A model generated the notes under the pieces. The model made no database searches. It was not told where the DNA came from and worked only from the letters and a program-made list of their open reading frames with translations. A stretch of DNA of 20,109 bases, from positions 1 through 20,109 of the forward strand of contig CAVVEU010000036.1 of the NCBI GenBank assembly GCA_963747235.1, read 5' to 3'. Within the stretch, counting starts at the first letter, position 1. Each line of letters opens with the position of its first letter. This document shows, piece by piece, positions 16,805-20,109 of this stretch. Both the position numbers and the translations under genes were made by a program. The DNA is from an uncultured Candidatus Rokubacteria bacterium (GTDB lineage: Bacteria > Methylomirabilota > Methylomirabilia > Rokubacteriales > CSP1-6).

Positions 16805-17506
16805 ATGGGCCAGTACGAGCAGCACGTCTTCGTGTGCACGAGCGGCGAGACCTGCCCGGAGCAGGGCGACACCGAGAAGTTCGTCAAGATCCTCCGGGAG
16901 CGGGCGAAGCAGGTCGGTCGGCCGACCGACGTGCGCATCAACAAGGCCGGCTGCTTCTCGCAGTGCGGCCGCGGGCCGATGATCATCGTCTACCCGGACG
17001 ACGTCTGGTACGCGGGAGTCCAGGAGTCGGATCTCGAGGAGATCTTCACGTCCCACATCGTGGGCGGTCGGCCGGTCGAGCGGCTGCGCTACACCCCCGG
17101 GATGCAGGGCGCCAACAAGGTGACCGAGGCCGAGCTGGCCGAGATCAAGCGCGCCTTCGCCGCTCGCGCCCAGGCCGCCGCATCGGGCGGGCCCGAGCCC
17201 GCGTGGAAGCGCGTGGGGCCCGCCGCCGAGGTCCCGGCCAACGGGATGAAGGAGTTCTCGGTCGGGGGCGTCAACGTCCTCATCGTCCACACCGGGGCCG
17301 AGTACGTGGCCTTCCAGGCGCTGTGCCCGCACGAGACCATCCCGCTGGAGCAGGGAATCCACGACGGCTCGGTCCTGACCTGCCTCGAGCACATGTGGCA
17401 GTTCGACATCAAGACCGGCGCGCCGCTGGGCGACGCCCTGGAAGGCCTCCGGAGCTATCGGCTCAAGGACGACGGCGGCGAGCTGTACGTCGCGCTGGAG
17501 GTCTGA
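16805..17506 (+). CDS. Fusion of thioredoxin-like [2Fe-2S] ferredoxin and Rieske-type ferredoxin
   Basis: N-domain C11, C17, C50, C54 (VFVC...C...GCFSQCGRGPMIIVYPDDVWY); Ala-rich linker; C-domain CPH-x16-CLEH then WQFD; AAGGAG RBS. Confidence 0.9.
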   Translation: MGQYEQHVFVCTSGETCPEQGDTEKFVKILRERAKQVGRPTDVRINKAGCFSQCGRGPMIIVYPDDVWYAGVQESDLEEIFTSHIVGGRPVERLRYTPGMQGANKVTEAELAEIKRAFAARAQAAASGGPEPAWKRVGPAAEVPANGMKEFSVGGVNVLIVHTGAEYVAFQALCPHETIPLEQGIHDGSVLTCLEHMWQFDIKTGAPLGDALEGLRSYRLKDDGGELYVALEV

Positions 17507-18798
17507 GCGAGGCCGACCGCGTCGCCGAAGCGCCGCACCATGACGTCCGCGAAGGGGACACTGCGGTCGGCCAGGGCGCTGCCCGAGCGCACCGCGTAGG
17601 CGGCCGCGCTCCGGGCCGCCGCCGGCTCGACGCCGCCGCGCAGGTCGCGCGCGGCACCCAGCATCAGGCGGCGGAACTGGATGATCGCGGCATCGGTCGG
17701 TCCCAGGTGCTCGCGGGTGCGATCGGCGATGAACCCCTGGCTGTCCTGGATGCACGCGTCCTGCTCGGAGATGCCGCGGATCCCGGTGAAGGTCCGGATC
17801 TTCTGGTCCACGCGGTCGATCAGATAGTCGTTGTCGCGATTGCGCCGGGGCACCCACCGCTCGTCTACATCCGCGTGCACGCTCTGCCCGGCGCGAAGGC
17901 GCTGGCGCTCGGTCTCGGTCAGGGGCCGCTCCGGATTCCACGTGTAGCAGTACACCCAGCACAGCTCGTCGGTGATCGGCACCCAGGTCTGCCCGTGGTA
18001 ATTCTCGCCCGCGAAGGCGTTGGGCGCGAGGCCGTGATCGGGCATCAGGAACTGGCTCACTCGCCAGTACAGCTCGGTGCCGTCGGCCCGCCGCGAGGCG
18101 CCGATCACCAGCCCGGCATCGTGGGGGACCACGTGGAACTCGGGCATCGGGTCGTCCCGCATCCATCGCGTCCGGTCCCGGTCCGCCGAGGATCGCCCCA
18201 TGATCGCGTCGCTCTCTCCGTCCGACGCGGTGACCGGCATGTGTAGGAACGAGAAGTGCGCGGTGTCGATCCCGCCCTCCGCCGCCTGCGCCCAGTTGCA
18301 CTGCTGTAGCTTCTTGGACACGAAGCGGTGCGCGGGCGGCACGAGGGCGAACTCGAGATCGGGCAGCGCGGGCAGGGGCCCGGCGGGCCCCAGGTAGGCC
18401 CAGACGAGCTCGCCCCACTCCCGGAGCGGATACGCCGTGATCCGGACCCGATTGCGGAAGTTGCTGTCCGGCCGCAGCGTCGGCAAATCCACGCAGCGCC
18501 CGGTGACGTCGAACTTCCAGCCGTGGTACGCGCACCGGAGCCCGCACTGCTCGTTCCGCCCGAAGAAGAGGTTCGCCCCACGGTGCGGACAGCGGGGATC
18601 GACGAGCCCGACGCGGCCCTCGGTGTCCCGGAAGGCGACCAGCTCCTCGCCCATGATCTTCACGCGGACGGGCGGGCAATCCGGCTCCGGCAGCTCCTGG
18701 GAGAGGAGCGCGGGCATCCAGAAGCGGCGGAAAAGCTCGCCCATCGGGGTGTCCGGCCCGGTCCGCGTGAGCAGGTCGTTGTCGGCGGCGCTAAGCAT
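17455..18798 (-). CDS. Rieske non-heme iron oxygenase alpha subunit (phthalate 4,5-dioxygenase/LigX-like)
   Basis: TGPDTPMGELFRRFW, CPHRGA...CAYHGWKF, mononuclear Fe motif EGGIDTAHFSFLH, EQDAC. Confidence 0.93.
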   Translation of the reverse strand: MLSAADNDLLTRTGPDTPMGELFRRFWMPALLSQELPEPDCPPVRVKIMGEELVAFRDTEGRVGLVDPRCPHRGANLFFGRNEQCGLRCAYHGWKFDVTGRCVDLPTLRPDSNFRNRVRITAYPLREWGELVWAYLGPAGPLPALPDLEFALVPPAHRFVSKKLQQCNWAQAAEGGIDTAHFSFLHMPVTASDGESDAIMGRSSADRDRTRWMRDDPMPEFHVVPHDAGLVIGASRRADGTELYWRVSQFLMPDHGLAPNAFAGENYHGQTWVPITDELCWVYCYTWNPERPLTETERQRLRAGQSVHADVDERWVPRRNRDNDYLIDRVDQKIRTFTGIRGISEQDACIQDSQGFIADRTREHLGPTDAAIIQFRRLMLGAARDLRGGVEPAAARSAAAYAVRSGSALADRSVPFADVMVRRFGDAVGLAQTSSATYSSPPSSLSR

Positions 18799-19705
18799 TC
18801 CGGGCTCCCTCGCGGGCCGCGGCGCCGCGCACGACCACGCCGGTCCAGTGCTCGTAGAGCTTGGTGACCGCGGCCATATCGAGCTGGCCGAAGCCCTGGG
18901 CGTGCGCGGCCTCGTAGACCTGGCGGACGGTGGAGGTCACGAACATCGGGACCTCGAGCTTGGCGGCCATTCCGAGGGCCAGCGAGACGTCCTTGCGCGA
19001 GAGTCCGATGCCAAAGTACGGCGTGAAGTCACCGGCCAGAACATTCGGAAATCGCTTGAGAAAATGATGCGAGCGCCCGCCGCTCGTGGACAGGATGTCG
19101 AACAGGCGCTGCGGATCCATCCCCGCCTTCACGCCGAGCACCATGGCCTCCGCGGCCACCGCCACGTTGCCGATCGACATCACGTTGTTGACGAGCTTGA
19201 TGATCTGGCCCGAGCCCAGCGGACCGACGTGGTGGATCTCCGTGCCGAGCGTCAGCAGCAGCGTGCGGCACCGCTCCAGGACCGCGGCCTCGCCGCCGAC
19301 CAGGAAGACCAGCTTGCCGGTGCCCGCCTCGGCCGGGCCGCCGCTCACCGGCGCGTCGAGGCAGTCCGCGCCCTTGGCCTGCGCGGCCGCGGCGACCTCG
19401 CGCCAGGTATCGGGGTCCACGGTGCTCAGGTCCAGCAGCGTGGCGCCCGACTTCACGGTGCTGACTACGCCGTCGGCGCCCAAATAGGCCCGCCGGAGCG
19501 CGGCGGGATCGGGCAGGCTCGACAGCACCGCGTCGGCATGCTCCGCGGCGCCGGCCGGCGAAGTGGCCAGCGTGACCCCGCCCTCCCGAGCCCGGGCCGC
19601 GCGGGCCGCATCCACGTCGTAGCCGGTCACCTGATGGCCCTGCGTGGCCAGCCGTCTCGCCATCGGCCCACCCATCGTGCCCAGGCCCACGAACCCGATC
19701 CGCAT
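18791..19705 (-). CDS. Beta-hydroxyacid dehydrogenase (3-hydroxyisobutyrate dehydrogenase/tartronate semialdehyde reductase family)
   Basis: IGFVGLGTMG, DAPVSGG, catalytic KLVNN, KD; GAGGAG RBS before ATG 19705. Confidence 0.92.
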   Translation of the reverse strand: MRIGFVGLGTMGGPMARRLATQGHQVTGYDVDAARAARAREGGVTLATSPAGAAEHADAVLSSLPDPAALRRAYLGADGVVSTVKSGATLLDLSTVDPDTWREVAAAAQAKGADCLDAPVSGGPAEAGTGKLVFLVGGEAAVLERCRTLLLTLGTEIHHVGPLGSGQIIKLVNNVMSIGNVAVAAEAMVLGVKAGMDPQRLFDILSTSGGRSHHFLKRFPNVLAGDFTPYFGIGLSRKDVSLALGMAAKLEVPMFVTSTVRQVYEAAHAQGFGQLDMAAVTKLYEHWTGVVVRGAAAREGARNA

Positions 19706-19739
19706 GGTTGGCTCCTCGAGGGACATAGAGTCTGCGCTA

Positions 19740-19757
19740 CCGGAGGATAGCCTCCGG
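19740..19757. repeat. Perfect 7-bp inverted repeat in a divergent intergenic region
   Basis: CCGGAGG-ATAG-CCTCCGG. Confidence 0.5.
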
Positions 19758-19814
19758 ACCGGGCCGCGGACAACAGGGCAGACGGCGCGACGGCCGGGTA
19801 GTATGCTGCCCGAC

Positions 19815-20006
19815 ATGCGTGGCATGATGTCGACCGCCCTGGGCGTCCTGCTCGGCATGCTCGCGCTGACGTCGTGCTCCGGCGTCCCGGTAGCGCCGGC
19901 CTACACCCAGGACGAGCTGGCGGCCCGGTGCGCCCGCACCGGTGGCTGGTGGAAGGAGTCGCGATCCTATTCGCTGGTCAGCGGCCACTGCGAGTACCGC
20001 GACTGA
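19815..20006 (+). CDS. Small putative lipoprotein (63 aa)
   Basis: Basic N-terminus, hydrophobic stretch, lipobox LTS-C; mature part has C-ART-GGWW...GHC; TATGCT -10-like box 7 nt before the ATG; exact start uncertain. Confidence 0.7.
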   Translation: MRGMMSTALGVLLGMLALTSCSGVPVAPAYTQDELAARCARTGGWWKESRSYSLVSGHCEYRD

Positions 20007-20109
20007 TCGTCTCCGGGACTCGGGCCCGCACCCTGCTCGCGCTGCGGCAGCGTGCTCGCCGTCGCCCCGGCCGCGCGCGCCGCGGATCGGTGGACGTTGT
20101 GGGAACGTG

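Noticed and set aside
1-20109. CRISPR array, IS, integrase, prophage, defence system or RiPP cluster
   Set aside because: No spaced repeats, transposase/integrase motifs, phage genes or precursor peptide seen; the E1 enzyme looks like an ordinary sulfur-carrier activator

Overview
High-GC (roughly 70% by eye), densely coding bacterial chromosomal window; gene style and content resemble soil lineages such as Candidatus Rokubacteria (inference only). It begins with tRNA-Arg(CCT) and an orphan ORF. Next is a minus-strand catabolic operon (GntR/HutC regulator, LLM oxidoreductase, TRAP DctPQM, RidA, SDR, GYD protein) followed by an MFS transporter. Then come thioredoxin + rhodanese-MoeB, a YdfF-like ArsR + NIPSNAP pair, and an alpha/beta hydrolase + second LLM. 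A plus-strand cluster (PPOX/FMN protein, TauD-family dioxygenase, amidohydrolase, 2Fe-2S/FAD reductase, thioredoxin-like ferredoxin-Rieske ferredoxin fusion) converges on a phthalate-dioxygenase-type Rieske oxygenase and a beta-hydroxyacid dehydrogenase. The window ends with a small lipoprotein. Two probable gene remnants (TPR fragment; internally deleted serine hydrolase) lie between modules. No integrase, transposase or CRISPR array is visible. The most unusual element is the tandem-ferredoxin fusion beside a toluene-monooxygenase-type reductase with no di-iron hydroxylase nearby. All family assignments are from motif recognition, not database searches.
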